A DNA stretch of 63,842 bases, the filler included, from Jimgerdemannia flammicorona (taxonomy: Eukaryota): assembly GCA_003990765.1 (NCBI GenBank). It is 3 parts of 3 records of this genome, joined end to end, with 100 filler letters (N's around TTAATTAATTAA, not from the genome) between each part and the next. Parts side by side here need not be neighbours in the genome. Positions count along the whole stretch, not along the records: positions 21,341 to 42,545 come from RBNJ01001503.1; positions 42,646 to 63,842 come from RBNJ01001504.1; 1 more part is not named here. One strand, given 5' to 3'. The first letter of the stretch is position 1; each line of letters begins with the position of its first letter. Shown in pieces: positions 39,318 to 52,903 of the stretch. A model generated the notes under the pieces. That model ran no database searches. It was not told the origin of the DNA and was given only the letters and a program-made list of their open reading frames with translations. The translations under genes were made by a program, and so were the position numbers.

Positions 39318-39955
39318 TTTAAGGTGATTATATAGCTAATTAAATAGTAGGATAATAGCTACTATTATAGGAAAGTTCAAAGCTAATATTATAGTTATCA
39401 CTTTGGTAAAAGGCTTGAAAAATTAGTAAATTAATTCAAATTATTACTATATATCTTCAGATATACTACTAAGTTACTTATCTTTGATATACAATATATC
39501 TAAACTCTATTTAAATATAATATTAATTTATTTAATATCAAAATACTTCTGAATTATATTTCAGAATTTATACAAATAAGTTCAAAATCTTATCTTATAA
39601 ATCTCTAGAGTATATACTAACATTTTATATATAAAACTTCATCTTATTATAATATCTTAGAGAGACTTCAAAATGAGAATTCTGGAGGATTTGTAAACTT
39701 TTATTAGTTGTGCTTATCATTATACTGAATTTTTGATCTTTTTTATCAACTCTTATAGCTTTCTAATGAGCTTATTAAGATAATCAAAAGTATCATGAAT
39801 AATAAGATTTAATATATATACAAAACAATATATATGTATGAGTGAGTAAATGATAGAGATTCTCAAATAGAGTATTATTATTACTGAAATTATTATATAT
39901 AATAGTAATGATTTAATTATTACTAAATAATAAATTATTTATTATTAGCTTCAGA
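39318..39955 (-). pseudogene. Second hAT transposase relic
   Basis: Aligns with 31921-32385 and carries an extra segment. Translates YNNFSNNNTLFENL, YCFVYILNL and DIIIR*SFIYKML (cf. DVxTRWxSTYxML). Confidence 0.78.
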
Positions 39956-39971
39956 CTCTTTGCAAAATTAG

Positions 39972-41118
39972 TATAAGTGTACAACCTCTAAGCCACCAAA
40001 ATCACATGTCATCCTTAGAACTAATTTGGAAACCACATGCGAGACTATAAAACAAGTTACTGAAGAGATCATCTGGTTACACAAAATATACCAGCAAGTA
40101 TGAGAACTCACTACCAAGATACAAAAATACTAGAAGAAGTACTATAACCATAAGACTGACTCCAAACTGCTATAACTAGTTTGGTATATGGTACTATTAC
40201 AAAAGGAAACTGAAAGTACCAAAATCAAATTGAGACAAGAAGAACCCTATCTCATCTATCAAAAGGTTCATGAACTATACTTATTAAACTTAAGACCAAG
40301 ATATACCACAACTATATAAAACCTTATTACTTAGCAGAAGTAAAATATATTTGAACAACTCCATTTGCTCTATCTATATCACCTCTGTTGGAGAGTGACA
40401 GATACTTCATCTGAACTCAAGAAAGCTGACATCATTAAAACCAATCTCAAGTCATCCATATGACAGATATTACTATTAGAAATTGCCTTGAATTATAGAA
40501 AATATCATTTCCAAGAGGTTCGAAACCCCAGCCATAACATTGAGAGTCCTTGTCTTAGACAAGGATGGCCAGTCCTCACAAATGTACCAGAAGACCAAAA
40601 AAAAAAGAGAATCAAGACCTGTTATCCTTGTATAATCACCGCCACCAAGGACAGTCTTAATCTTGCAAGAGATAAAAGTGATAATATCTTGAAACTAATG
40701 ATGTCAGAAGTTAGAAAACTGCTCAGACTTTGCCAGTGATGATGTCATCAATAGTGATATCATCAAAGACTAACCAGACAGTATCTAAATCTATAAATAG
40801 CTTAGCAGTCATAGTATAGTTAGATTAGCCTTGTATAATATAACTATAAACTGACTCAGTAGTCAGACAATCTCTTGATATATCAGATCACACTTGTACT
40901 ACGTAACTGCATTCCGACTCAGTAAGATACTTAGTGCTACATCCATATTCAGCATAGCTCAGATAGCCCCTCACTAGTATAAATACCCCCTCTCCCAGAT
41001 CTCAGAATCTCAGACTTAAATACTTGAACAGACTTGAATACTTGAATAGACTCAAACACACAAGAACATTTCTGAATACTTCTCCACAATATTCCTTCAT
41101 ATAACTACTCCTAGTATA
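39972..41118 (+). mobile_element. Partial LTR of the dUTPase chromovirus family
   Basis: Starts TATAAGTGTACAACC (decayed TGTAAGCACACAACC) and is collinear with the 54059-55554 and 62079-63569 LTRs until cut at ~41118. Confidence 0.88.
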
Positions 41119-41377
41119 TGCCTTTCTCCTATATAATTCATGTTATACAAAACTTCAAGCAATGGTTTTCAATATAACTAGGAGAAAAGGTACTATCAAT
41201 ATGTCTTCAAGCAAGAGTTCTGATGGGCATACTAGGTCGGGAGGAGCTGGGGCTTTTGGCTGGCAGAATGTGGGGAGAGGTTATGGCCTGGGGATGGGGG
41301 TCTTTGGAGGGTCGAAGGGCAGTGAGAGCTCTGGAGGAGGACTGGTGGCAGGTGGTAATGGCAGAAAGGCTGGCCCC
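41119..41377 (+). mobile_element. LINE 5' UTR and ORF1 start fragment
   Basis: CCTTTCTC...ATTCATGTTATACAAA...GGAGAAAAGGTACTA matches the LINE 5' UTRs. MSSSKSSDGHTRSGGAGAFGWQNVGRG resembles MVTNRQSEVYTEQSGPSTFNWQ*VGRG of copy 3. Confidence 0.7.
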
Positions 41378-42545
41378 CGGCTCCTTTCTCCACTACCTTA
41401 CCAGTCACAAGATTTGGTAGGTGACCTTCCAAGTTCCTTTTCCCCTAATATTACCCCCTCTACCTTGGGTTGGTTTGCTGTGCCTGCAGGGGCATGGTGG
41501 AAGGAGGGCAATGGTGATGAGTTGCCCCTTTATCAGTATCAGATCAGTGCTTCCTCCACTTTTTCGCAGATTCTGGTGCCTTCAGCTACATCTGGAGTAT
41601 ACCCATTTTGGTGTGGCACCTTCTTCCTTTTGCCATCGCCAACAAGGAGTTGTCTTGGTATGTCTCAGGCTACATAGAGAGTTGGCCAACCTTGGGCATC
41701 AAGTGCTCAGTATAGGTTACCTGCAGGTCCTCAGTACCTGTGGTAGGGCCCTCTGGCTTTGGCGAACTTTCCAGCGAGCATAGTTCTGGTGTAGGTAACT
41801 GTTTTTCAGGTGATATTGGGATGGGAGGGGAGATGGCCATCACAGATAGGAGGAAGGGTGATTATGGTGAACCAGTGGGGTGCCAGGCTGGGGGCAGTTG
41901 TCGGGGCTGAGGCAGGTACTGCTTCGGTAGGGCCTTTTGATTGGTGCAGTATGGTTAGGTGGTAGGTGTCACTCTTGGCTTCTTTGGGTGATTCATGGAG
42001 TTGGGCCCTGGTTGTCAGGGGGGGTTGGAGGGCCTGAGGCTACTCATTTCAGGCATCTTGGCTGCACTCAACTGGAACTGGGAGCTGACATGGCAATGTG
42101 ATCGAGGCCTGCAGGCTTGAGTAGTGGAGTATTGGGGGTCTCCTCCCACCTCACATGTAAGTCCTCTACTTACCTCGACTGGGAGAACCAGGCCCTACCC
42201 ACTGTGTTGTACTTTGATGAGAGTTTTTTCTTTGTCTACCATTCTCTTTGGGGTGGCAGGGGCTATTCTATTCAGCTCGGGTGTGGCCTTGTACATATGT
42301 TGGGTTCTTGGGTGTGCACTTTCGGTCATTAGTATATGGCTGGGTTTCCCCTGGTGGTAGGGAGAGCATGGTGCACAGAATGAGGTGCGGGCTATTTTGC
42401 CCTGCTGTGCCTGATATGGTTGAGCTGCTGGACAATAGCTAGCCTAGGTTAATAGGGGGACAGTGCTTGATGGGTGGTGGGAGAGGGTTTTGGCCTATAT
42501 AGTCTAGGTTCCCTTCTAATAAAAATCTGCAGAACATAGAGTCCA
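41378..42545 (+). mobile_element. ~1.2-kb non-autonomous poly(A) retroelement, copy D (3' tail in the gap)
   Basis: Begins CGGCTCCTTTCTCCACTACCTTAC and is collinear with copies A-C up to AATAAAAATCTGC...GAGTC. Confidence 0.85.
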
Positions 42546-42645
42546 NNNNNNNNNNNNNNNNNNNNNNNNNNNNNNNNNNNNNNNNNNNNTTAATTAATTA
42601 ANNNNNNNNNNNNNNNNNNNNNNNNNNNNNNNNNNNNNNNNNNNN
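42546..42645. other. Assembly gap with artificial TTAATTAATTAA linker
   Basis: N-run with the central 12-mer, the same construct as 21241-21340. Confidence 0.95.
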
Positions 42646-44835
42646 TAGTTGGTGGCACTTGTAACAATCATGTCTACTGGGATGGTAGCTCCTCCTATCT
42701 TGATGGGGACTTCTTGGATTTTGCCAAGGGGGGTAGCTCATGTACCATCTGCTGTGATATAGACCATCTTGGTGGACTCTTCAATGTCCCAACCTAGGCA
42801 GTCAATTGCCTTCTTGCTTATGAGGCATCCTCTAGCACCAGTATCAATGATGGCATTGAAGATACAGTCTTCGATCTGGCAGGGGGTATAGGTCAATGTC
42901 TTGTGCTGGTCTTCAGATTCTTCACCTGAGTTTTCAGATTCTTCTTGTGCATTGTGAGCTTCTACAATCTTGTACTCTTGATTCTTGACAGTAGTTGCAA
43001 GTCCTACTCTCAACTGTTGTCTGAAGGCAGGGACTTCAGCTAGCTACCCAAAAGTGACATTGATCTTCTGTTCCTTGAGGTCCTTGTAGATGTCATACTG
43101 GTGGATCTTGGTCTTATACAGCTTCTGTTCCTTCTTGCTCTCACTTTCTCCTGAGACTGGAGTAGTGCCTTCTATAATTTGGCAGGCAGCCTCATCTAAC
43201 TCTATGTCTTGATCAATCTCCTCATGTTGGGTCTTGCTTTGAATAGTGATAGCTGGAGTCTTTTTTGGTCTTCCAACTGGCTTGCTGTTGCTCTTTTTAT
43301 CATAGGGCTTGGACCAGGTTCTGGTATCTTCAGTAGCAGGGTAGAATTCGAGCTCCTCATAGTATTCTTCATCATCAGTGTCACCGATCTCCTTGATGAC
43401 TACTGCATTAGTTTGTTCTCTAGTTCTGCTAGCATTGCTTGGTTGGGCTTTGTGTCTTGTTTCGGTCATGCAACTCTTTGCATAGTGTCCTTTTTCTCCA
43501 CATCTGAAGCATGTGATATTACATTCTTCTATAGCAGCTGCAAATCTCTGCACTGGTCTCCTGTTGACACTTCAGACTTCTCTAACAACATCACCAAGGT
43601 ATGCAGTCATCTTGGCAAACTGCTTGGCAAGTTCTTCCACTGGGTCAGCTTTGGCTATCTTGGGGGTAGGAGGGATTGGTTGTCTGTTTACAACTGTGGC
43701 AAGTAAGATACTAATTGGCTTTGATGGCTCCATCTTTATTCCAGTTATTTTCTCCATTGAGTGTTCGGCAGGGTGTCTGGCAGTTCAATATCTCTGTGCA
43801 AAGACCACTTTCTGATCAAGAGTCAGTGCAGCTGGAGTAGACCAAATTTCTAGGGCAATTTCAGGGTGAACTCCTTTGAGGAAGGTTGAATCCACTATTT
43901 GTTCCTTAAGGTGGTCATCATAGCCAGCCAAGACAATCTGATGGCAGATTTGGGTATAGAATGAGTTGAGATCTTCACTAAGTCCCTGGCAGATAGTATT
44001 GAGTTGATCCTTGAGAGCTTGCTTGATCTCTTTGGTATAATATGTTGTTCTGAGGAAGGTCTTCATGTTGGCAAGTTTGGCTGCACCAGCATTAGCAATG
44101 GTGGCTGCATTAAACTTATCTCTGGCAGGTCCTCTGAGACTGACTAGTAGAAGGGCCAATTGAGCATCCACACCAAGGGCTCGTATGGTGGCGAATTGTT
44201 CAAAGTCTTCAATGAAGGTCAGGATTGACTCTTTAGTAGTATATCTATAGAATGTGGGGGGGCGCATTTCTATCTTGTCTTGAATTCTTACAGGGGTGAC
44301 TCTTGTAGTCAGGGTAGTTGTTGTAGGGGTTATTCGTTTTTCAGCTTGAAAGTGAGGGATTTGTCTTGAATCACCAGCCAATGGGCACCAAGTTGTCATG
44401 TAGTGGTCACTGAGTCCTTCAAATATGCCAGATTCTCTTCAAGGTATATCTCTTAGACTAACTCAAGTTTGTTATAAGCAAGTTCTTATTGGAGTACCTT
44501 CCCAAGGTCTTATAGTCCTCAAACTTCTTATCTTTAACTGTCTTGTTATCTCTTAGATTGCTTGCAAGAAAGTGTGTGTATTACACTGAGAGGAACTGAC
44601 TTTATTTCAGAGAAAATAAGAGAGATATTTATACAAAATATAATTCAATAGTTGCTAAGATATAAAGCTAAATATAAATTCCAATAACTAAAACTACTAA
44701 GTTCCAGGGCTGGCATTATTTAGTGTCACATCAAAATACCAGTGCTGGAATAATTTTGCATTACCTCAGAATGCCAGTGCTGGCATTATCCAGTGTTACA
44801 TGAGAATACTAGTGCTGGCATTATCCAGTGTAACA
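42646..44835 (-). mobile_element. 5' part of a second Ty3/gypsy family (LTR, PBS, gag, CCHC, protease)
   Basis: LTR 44394-44835 bounded TGTTACA...CATGACA (likely decayed TGTCACG...CGTGACA). PBS-like TGGTGCCCATTGG at 44378-44390. Gag 43785-44399, knuckle CFRCGEKGHYAKSC, protease IIDTGARG (42738-43013). Continues into the gap. Confidence 0.85.
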
Positions 44836-47060
44836 AAGAACTTAGAGCAGAAAGTTCAGGATTACGAGGGCTTCATCATCATCATCACTGAAGGAGATGA
44901 GATCCATAAATTTGTTGTTTTCACATGCTTCGATGTCACATGAGATGATGTCATCAATGACATCATAACGTTTGGCTGTGGCAGAGAAATTGGGGACAAG
45001 GTCTGGAGCTCTCCAGTCTATGAAGTTCTCTTCCACAAAATAAGAAACAAATGTGGGGTCTTGGGGAGATCTAACCTGGATGCTTGGGCCTTAGAATACT
45101 GAGATCAATCCTTGTAGGAATTGATCTGGGTTGTTCTGAAGGATAGGGTACCAGAAGTCTTCTACTTCTTTGCTGTTGAGGGTGATAGTGGACTGGGCTT
45201 CTGTAGCCACCCTGGCTTCTAGTGCATTGATACGGCGGGATGATAGGTCTCTGAAATCTGAGACTCTAATATACTCTAAGTTGGGGATCAACCATAGTAC
45301 ATGTCTGAAGATCTGATGGATCTTCCTAGCTATCCTTGTTTCGCATATATCCATAGGAGTGGCATCTTGTAGCTCTTGGGTACTGGCCTGTGGGAACTCC
45401 TGGCAGAGGAGGTTTTCTATTTCATACTCCTGCCACATTTGGAGGCATTCGGTAGCAATGGTGATCCTTGTTTCCATTTCGTGGCAGTAGAGAATAAAGT
45501 GATAAGGGTCTATAGTACCCAGGTTGACACTAGGAGTCCTTCTTGAGCAGGTCCTCATGGCTCTTCTGATGTCTTGGAACATCCTTTCCCAACTGAGATA
45601 CCTTAGTGATTCCTTGACCTTGAGATTTGGCAGGCAGCAGGCATTTTGTTTGTGGTAAGTCTTTGAGCTATTTTGGGATTGGTGGTTCTTGTTGGTTGCT
45701 GCTACTGCAGTTCCTTGATCCTTCTTTTATATTCTTCAGGATGCTCATGCTGTGGTCACAATGACTTACAGTTGGTCATCATTACTCATCTCATATGCCA
45801 TATGATCTTCTTGTACTCTGATCTGGTGGCTTGTAAGGAAAGGCTGTCTCCTGTACTGATGTCATCATTCTGGGGTCACCATTACAATATATCACTTTAA
45901 TAATAGCTTAAGTAATTCATTTTCTGCAGATGATTTTGATGGACTTTTGTCTAGTATTGTATAGTAGGACTTTGATTTCACCTTTAAATCTCTGGTTTAT
46001 AACTCTCCCAGCTATACAGAGTTTCTCTTCTCTGGCCAGACTACTTCTTTTTATAAGATAGATATAGATTCCCTTAGGTACTTCTATTCCAATACCTGTA
46101 CTGATAGTTGCTCACTTGTCTGGTTCAATGATTACTTCTATACTAGAGTAGAGGTTATACATAGCTAGTATCAGATTCATGAGCCTTGTCTGAAATTTTT
46201 ATAGCAATGTGGAATCTCTTGATCTTGATTTTTTCAGAAGTTCCTTTAGACTCATCTCTTATCATAGTAATAGTATAGGAAAAGAATGGTCCTTTGTTTG
46301 TATTAATCTTCTTATCAGGATATTTGCAAGATATATGTTCTCTCTTCTTATAGTGAAAACATACTTCTTCTTCATGAGTTCTTCAATTTTCTTATTAGAC
46401 AGTTTCTTAAATCCTCCTGATAGTCTTGAGGACTTATTTTGTAATTTGTACTTCTTTTTGAATTGATGTCATTTGTCTTCTCTGTTGTTGTTTCTGTTAT
46501 CTTTTGGTCTTTGAGCTATAAGGACAGTGCATGCTCAGATAACAGCTTGTCTTAGATATCATTACTTATATAGGTAATTATAGAGTTATTCTTGCTCTGA
46601 TAATTATCTAGAGATGGCATCAAATAAGACAGACAGCTCAGGTTCTATTTACTATCTATTCTGTGGTTGTATTCTGCTCCTATAGTGTTCAGGAGAGTTT
46701 TTAGTCTTATAGTAAATGCCTCAAGGTCTTCTTTTTCATCATTATAGAATTATAGATTTCTGAGCTTGGTTCTAGCTTTGACAATATGGGCAGTACTATG
46801 GAGCTACTGAATGATTAGCTCTTTTAATCTTATAGTGACTGGGTGGACTTCATAGTTAGGGTAATCATCATCTCTATTACTTATAAGGATTTCAACATGA
46901 GTTTCCTAGGTGAAAGAATATATTGATAGGTTGTATCACTACTGGACAGCTATATCTATGAAATGTATAGTGATCTTTTCTACTTGTGAGCTTGTGGTTG
47001 TATAAAGGTCTTCAATTTCATATTATATATTATTTTTAAGAATATTGTCTAAACTTTAGT

Positions 47061-50000
47061 TTTTTTTTTTTTTTATAGTCACTTGGACTCCACTAGTTTA
47101 TTAATAAGTTTACAGTATACCCTCCCACTACCTGATCCCCATAGGGGGACCACCCCTCCCACCTTCATGAATAAAGATCACTCTCTCACTCATGACTCCA
47201 ACCCTCCCCCCACTCTGCTTACAAATTTTCTCCACCAAACAATATCTTCAACTACCCTGCAACCTCCAACCAAGCCACCAGCCTGTCAAGGTGTGTTCCA
47301 TAAGGCTACGCTACTGCAGCAGCCTGACCTCTAAGCCTAGTCTCCTCTCATCCTTAAAAACAAATAACCAGTGACTGGTCAGCCCCACCCAAATGGCCAA
47401 AGCCCAGCCTAATGTAAGCCATTCCTTTCCCACTCCCCCCACCAATCTATCCCTCAAATCCCCCCACTGCCTCCACATGCCAGCTCCTCTACACACTACT
47501 CCCAAATGATCCCTGATGGTCTGCTAAAAGGTACTAAGTACTTCACACTCTCCTAGCCAATATTCAGATGTCTGCACATATCCTCCTTCCTGCTCTACAT
47601 TATAATACTCTTCACAGTTGAAGCAACATCACTTAATAAGGTGACTTGAGCAGAAGTTGAGCATGACATTCCACCTCAGCATGCACCACCAGGCCACTCA
47701 GTACTTTGGCAGCATCCACCTCCTCACCTCAGCACTCTAAGCCCAAATGCTACACCAGTCTCACTCCTTGCTGATTCCTACTCCTTACTAACTGCTAGGC
47801 CACAGATCCTGGCCTAGTCCCCATTGGCATTCAATCCCATTACTAATGTCAAACTCAATTAAGGGAATACCGCCCAGTAACACTTGGTCCCATCTCTACA
47901 TCACCGGGTCCCAAGCTGCCTCCCCTTCATTTCTTTGCCACTGAATTCCAATGTGACACACCCCCTCTGCCACTCCCCACCAGAAGCCTTTGTATCACAA
48001 TTGTTCAGTGTTCCAAAGTCCAACAAATGCTAGGAGATCATCAGTTAAACCCCTGGGTAAGGACCTCATCTCCTAGACTTTCTGCAGTAGGGAGACCCAA
48101 CCTCCCCCTCTCAACTCCACCACTCTCTTCAGCCACCATGCTCTCAAGCAGTGCAGCCTCTTAGGAAAGTCAACCAGCCCAAGTCCCCCACTTGCCACCA
48201 GTAAGGACAAGACCTCCCAGCTGATCTGACTCTGTCTTTCAGCTCAGATCCACCCCTTGGTCAGCTTCATCAATCGCTTTACCACCCAAGCTAGAAAGTC
48301 CAGATGATAAGTCAGATACCACAGCCTTGGCAGCCAATAGACATTCAGAATCAAAACATGCTCTGCTAGAGACAATTGGCAGCCCCCCTAACTCTACAGA
48401 GCCTCCTCCCAGATTCCAACCCACTGCTCCTACCAAAGTCTGGATAGAACTGACTCATATACTGACAGATAAATACCCAAGTACCATACTGCCTCACTAG
48501 CAGGGACAATGGTTCCAATAATCTCTCCTCCCACCAGACCATTACCTAACACTATTGTTTCACACTTATGCCAATTAAGCTTAGCCCCTGAGTTCTCCTC
48601 ATACATACCACTCCACTGTTTCCTTAAGCTTCTCAACATCCACAATTGATCCCAGGCTGACCACCATATCATCTGCAAAGGCCCCTACTTTCCACCCAAT
48701 GCCAAAGATAGAGAGCCCCACTATCTTCTGCCAGATTCTATCCATGAAGGGCTCCAGGAAAAGAGCATGACAGTGGGTCCCCCTGGGGCACCCCCCTACC
48801 CAGAGGAAACACTACCCCTCTGTGTTCATTACATATAAGTGCAGCCCTACTTCCTTCCAGTAGGCTGACTATGGCTGATCTGAACTGGTGCAGGACCCCA
48901 ATCCTATCTAATACTTTCACCAGCCAGACCTGCCACACTCAGTCATAAGCCTTCTCCTGATCCAGAAAGACCAGTTGTCCATCCAATCCACTGGCTCGTG
49001 CCCCTTCAATAACTCCATGAACCCAGGCTGTACCATCTCTAATGAGCCAGCCTCCCACAAAGCCCCTCTGCTCATTACCCAAGACTTACTGGGCCACCTT
49101 TTGCAGCCTTGCAACCACCATCTTGGTAACCAACTTTCTGTCCATATCCAGTAACATAATCAGCCTCCAGTTCTTCTAGTTCTCTCACCTTCCTTTGTTC
49201 TTATAAAGCAACATTACCAGCCCCAGATCCTATTCCTCCCCATCTGTAGAATCCAATCGCACAGTACCATCATCTCACCCAGTACTCCTGGAACTCTCAC
49301 CATCTTCTTCCAGAAGTCCCAGAGCAGACCATCCTCCCCAGGTGCTGTACCCAGTATTGTTGCAGCAAGAACCTGGTGGATCTCCTCCTCTTGTACTGGT
49401 AGTACTAAGTCACCTAGCTCATCTACTTATATAGGGTGCCAATCCTCCAATACTTGGTCAATGGCTTCAGAATCTGCCCCACCATCCTCCTCACTCCACA
49501 ATTCACTCCAACACTCCTTTAATGATCCAAGAATGTCTTATATACTATGCACTAATATACCATCAGCATTAAGCACTCTCTCTTACCTTTGTTGTACCCT
49601 TTTCACCTGAAGGGCTCTTGTGAGAAACTTTGAGGACCTCTCTCCTTCCTCCAACCCCTGCCAATGAAGCCATGCCACCAGACCCTGTATCCTTGCCTCT
49701 TCCTCTCTCCACAGCACTTGTTGTAGTTCAACAACCTCTATTTTCACCCTTATCAATCTCCAATCCTCCTCTCTCTCCAATGTCACCAGTCTTGCCCAGT
49801 CCTCCAAGAGTCTAGACAGTCTACTAGAAGCCTATTGCACCTATCACCTCCTCTGTTTCCCAGCCTCCTTACCAGCCTCACTCCAGTAGGTCCTGGCCAT
49901 CTCCTTCATCCTCATCTACCAAATAACAACTGGGGTACCTTCCTGCCTCCAGCACTCCACTCTCAGTTGAATGTCTTCAGCCCACTCATCTCACCAGATC

Positions 50001-52903
50001 TTATCATCTAATAAGGAGGAGTTGAGACACCAATGTCCAGGCCCATCCCCACTCCCCCCAAAATATCCCTGCCCTAAAAGCCCCCAATGATTCAACCAAG
50101 GACACCATTCCACCTCCATTGATTTCCAAACATCCAAGCCCCAGCAGCTGGCTATCAGAATCCAATCAATCCTCATCCCCAGGCCCCTGGCCTAGTGCAT
50201 ATACACTCTCCTATCCCCCCAACACTCTCTACTTACATCCACCAGAGCACTTAGTCTTTCTACTTCCTCCCATACTATCAGTCCTCCACTCTGACCCTCA
50301 GCTCCCCGTCCTCTATTAGTTCTATCCCTCAACATATCCCGGACCATATTGAAGTCCCCCCCAAGCATATCCATCCCAACCTCTGCAAGAATTCCACTCT
50401 CCTGTAGGCTCATCACCTAATCCACATGCTCACCCTGTACCACAGAAGAGTAACAGGAGTCCACTATGACCGGCTCCCAACCTGTGCATATCCACTCTCC
50501 CCAGACCAATCTATCCCCCCAGCTCTGCATATCCCTTATCTCCCCTCTGCCTTTCCACACCAGAATCCCAACCTTGCCCTTCCAGACTGCCTCACCTCCC
50601 CATTCCTTCATCCATTTCAGTCTATCTAAATCATCCTCACACCTGACATCCTGCAAGAGGAAGAGATCAGCCTCCAATCTCTTCAGCCAAGTAAAAATTT
50701 TCTTATATCAATAAGCACCCTGTAACCCATTCATATTCAAAGAAAAAATATTGGTTGTACTATTTATAGTGAAGAATGGTGTGTTATCAAGTCCTTTCCT
50801 ACTGCTCCATATTCATCTCCTCCTGTGCCAAGTCTAGATTATATTCTACAGTCACCACCTCCTCTTCAGCCCTCTGAGCCTCTAAGCCAGTCAACAGCTC
50901 ATTCATCTCCCCATCTGCCTTCTCCTCGAATTCCTCTTAGTACTCCAGGCAGACTTCCTACCAGAGCTGTAATCCATAACGCTTGGTCCAGCAGTATTCA
51001 GCTCTCTCTCCTGCGACTTCTGCCATCTCTACCTCCCACTTCTTATCTATCTCATAGCCTTCCTCCTCCAGATATACTGCAAGAATTTCTGCCTTCAATG
51101 CCATCACCACTCCCTCCTCCTGCATAATCCTCATCCAATGCTCATCACTCATTACCCTCAAATCCACCTCTCCCAGCTCCTTGGCCACCAGGTTGTTCAT
51201 CATCCTGCATATCCAAAGTAGGTTCCCCACCTCCATTCCTCCAGGGGTCGCTGGCCTCCTACCATCCAGTATTGTGGTGTCAGCCCCAGTACTCACAGCC
51301 TCATCCCACTCCTCTGGGACATCCACCAGTTCCTCCTTACCAGCCACCACTACTTGTCCCCCTTTCACCACCTCCGAAACTCCAAATTGCACTCACTGGG
51401 CCCCACATTGGCACATCCTCCACCACTCTGCTTTGGGAAGCTGTACCTTGCCTGATAAGGGGAGTAGGGGTAGGGGAGTCCTCCCATACCTCATCCCAAA
51501 CCTCTAGCATACCATCAGCATATAGATCATTGCCAGTCACCTCCCTGTTCTCACCGGCCCCCTTCCTAGCACTCCCACTACCCTCACCTGCCCAGACACT
51601 TGCTTTGGCCCCCCCTGTGTCTACCATTTCACTCATATCCTTCAGAGACCTACCTGCTATCTTCGCCAGCAGTTCCTTCTGTCTCTCGTATCCCTGATCT
51701 CTTTCTCACTACTCCTTGCTCACTTGAATCTACCTCCCATCCACTACCTCCAAGTGCATCACCTCCTCAAAGGCCTTCCAAGCCTTTGCTCTCCAGTCCA
51801 CTATACCACTCAACTCTTCCAGTGCTTCCAATAAGTCCTCTTCCTCCTCCTCACTCCCCTTCACCCTTGTTTCCTTACACAAGATCACCCCCCAGACCAT
51901 TCCGGAAGGCCAGTTCCTTGCCTTCCCAGTGGCTTCTTTCTCTACCAGTCAAATCCTCACATCCACATCCCCAGTCCTGAGTAAGGTCCCCTCCCAGACT
52001 CTGAATCCAATATCCATCACCTTGCCATACTCCACTATAATCTCCTCAACTCTCCTTCTTATCTCCACTGCCATCACTGTGGGCACCCCTTTTACCAGCA
52101 ATTGGACCACCCTGAGATCCCACTTCAGGCAGCATGTCATCAGAACACACACCTCCCTAACTATCAATCCAACCTTCAACACTTCCTCCAAAGGCTCAAC
52201 CTCCTCAAAGCTCACCTCCACTCCCTCCAGTCCCTTTAAAAACTTTACAGATGCTGCTTCAGCCACCTGCTTAGCAATCAGCCCCAGCATTATTTTCACC
52301 ATCACTGCTAGGCCCTGGAAGCATAGTGTCACTACAAATGCTGAGATCGATTTCTTGAGTAATGGCACCACCACCAGGCCCATCACACCATCTGCCAAAT
52401 CTCCTTGTCTTCCAAGCCCCAGTCACTCAGCTGTGTCATCCACAGTCACATCTGGATTTTTTTCCAGATTAGCAGTCCTATCTCCATCAGCCATCATACC
52501 CCCCCCAGCTACTATACCTCCAGCCCCACTGCCCCCCCTGCCAAGGGCTACTCCCCCCTATACTGTCACCTTCTCTGTTTCCTTGCCTTTCCTCAACCAA
52601 CCCTCTAGCCCTGATGTCTGCCTTCACCCCTTCACTGTCTTAGCAAAGCTCATCCTCCCAGATCTCTGTCCTCTACTACCACCTCCTCCCCTTCTGTGTC
52701 CACCTACCAGCAGCCCCCTCATACCTCCCCCCAGGCCCGGGCCTCTCCCCACCTACTGCCAGTTGAATGTGCTTGGGCCACTCTGCTCAGTATACACCTC
52801 AGATTGCCTATTGGTCACCATGTTGCTAGTCTCTTTTCTCCAAAAATGATGTTGTAGTTGCTTTCCAAAGGTTGTGTAACCTGAGTGGTACTGGATAGAG
52901 ATG
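47061..52903 (-). mobile_element. Full-length degenerate L1/Tx1-like LINE (copy 3)
   Basis: Poly(T) followed by ATAGTCACTTGGACT. TSD GTCT(A/G)AACTTTAGT at 47047-47060 and 52910-52923. APE motifs (ADLFLLQDVR, GGDFN, RIDWIL) and RT motifs (GVPQGDPLS, FADD at ~48670). 5' end CATCTCTATCCAGTACCACTCAGG. Confidence 0.9.

Noticed and set aside
41340..41460. Hammerhead or HDV-like ribozyme at the 5' end of the 1.2-kb element
   Set aside because: I could not find the CUGANGA/GAAA core or a convincing HDV pairing by eye. A covariance search on an unmutated consensus is needed.
51929..52849. 306-aa plus-strand ORF (likewise 25741-26577 minus and 5326-5919 plus)
   Set aside because: Ser/Pro/Thr-rich antisense shadows of LINE ORFs caused by strand-skewed composition.
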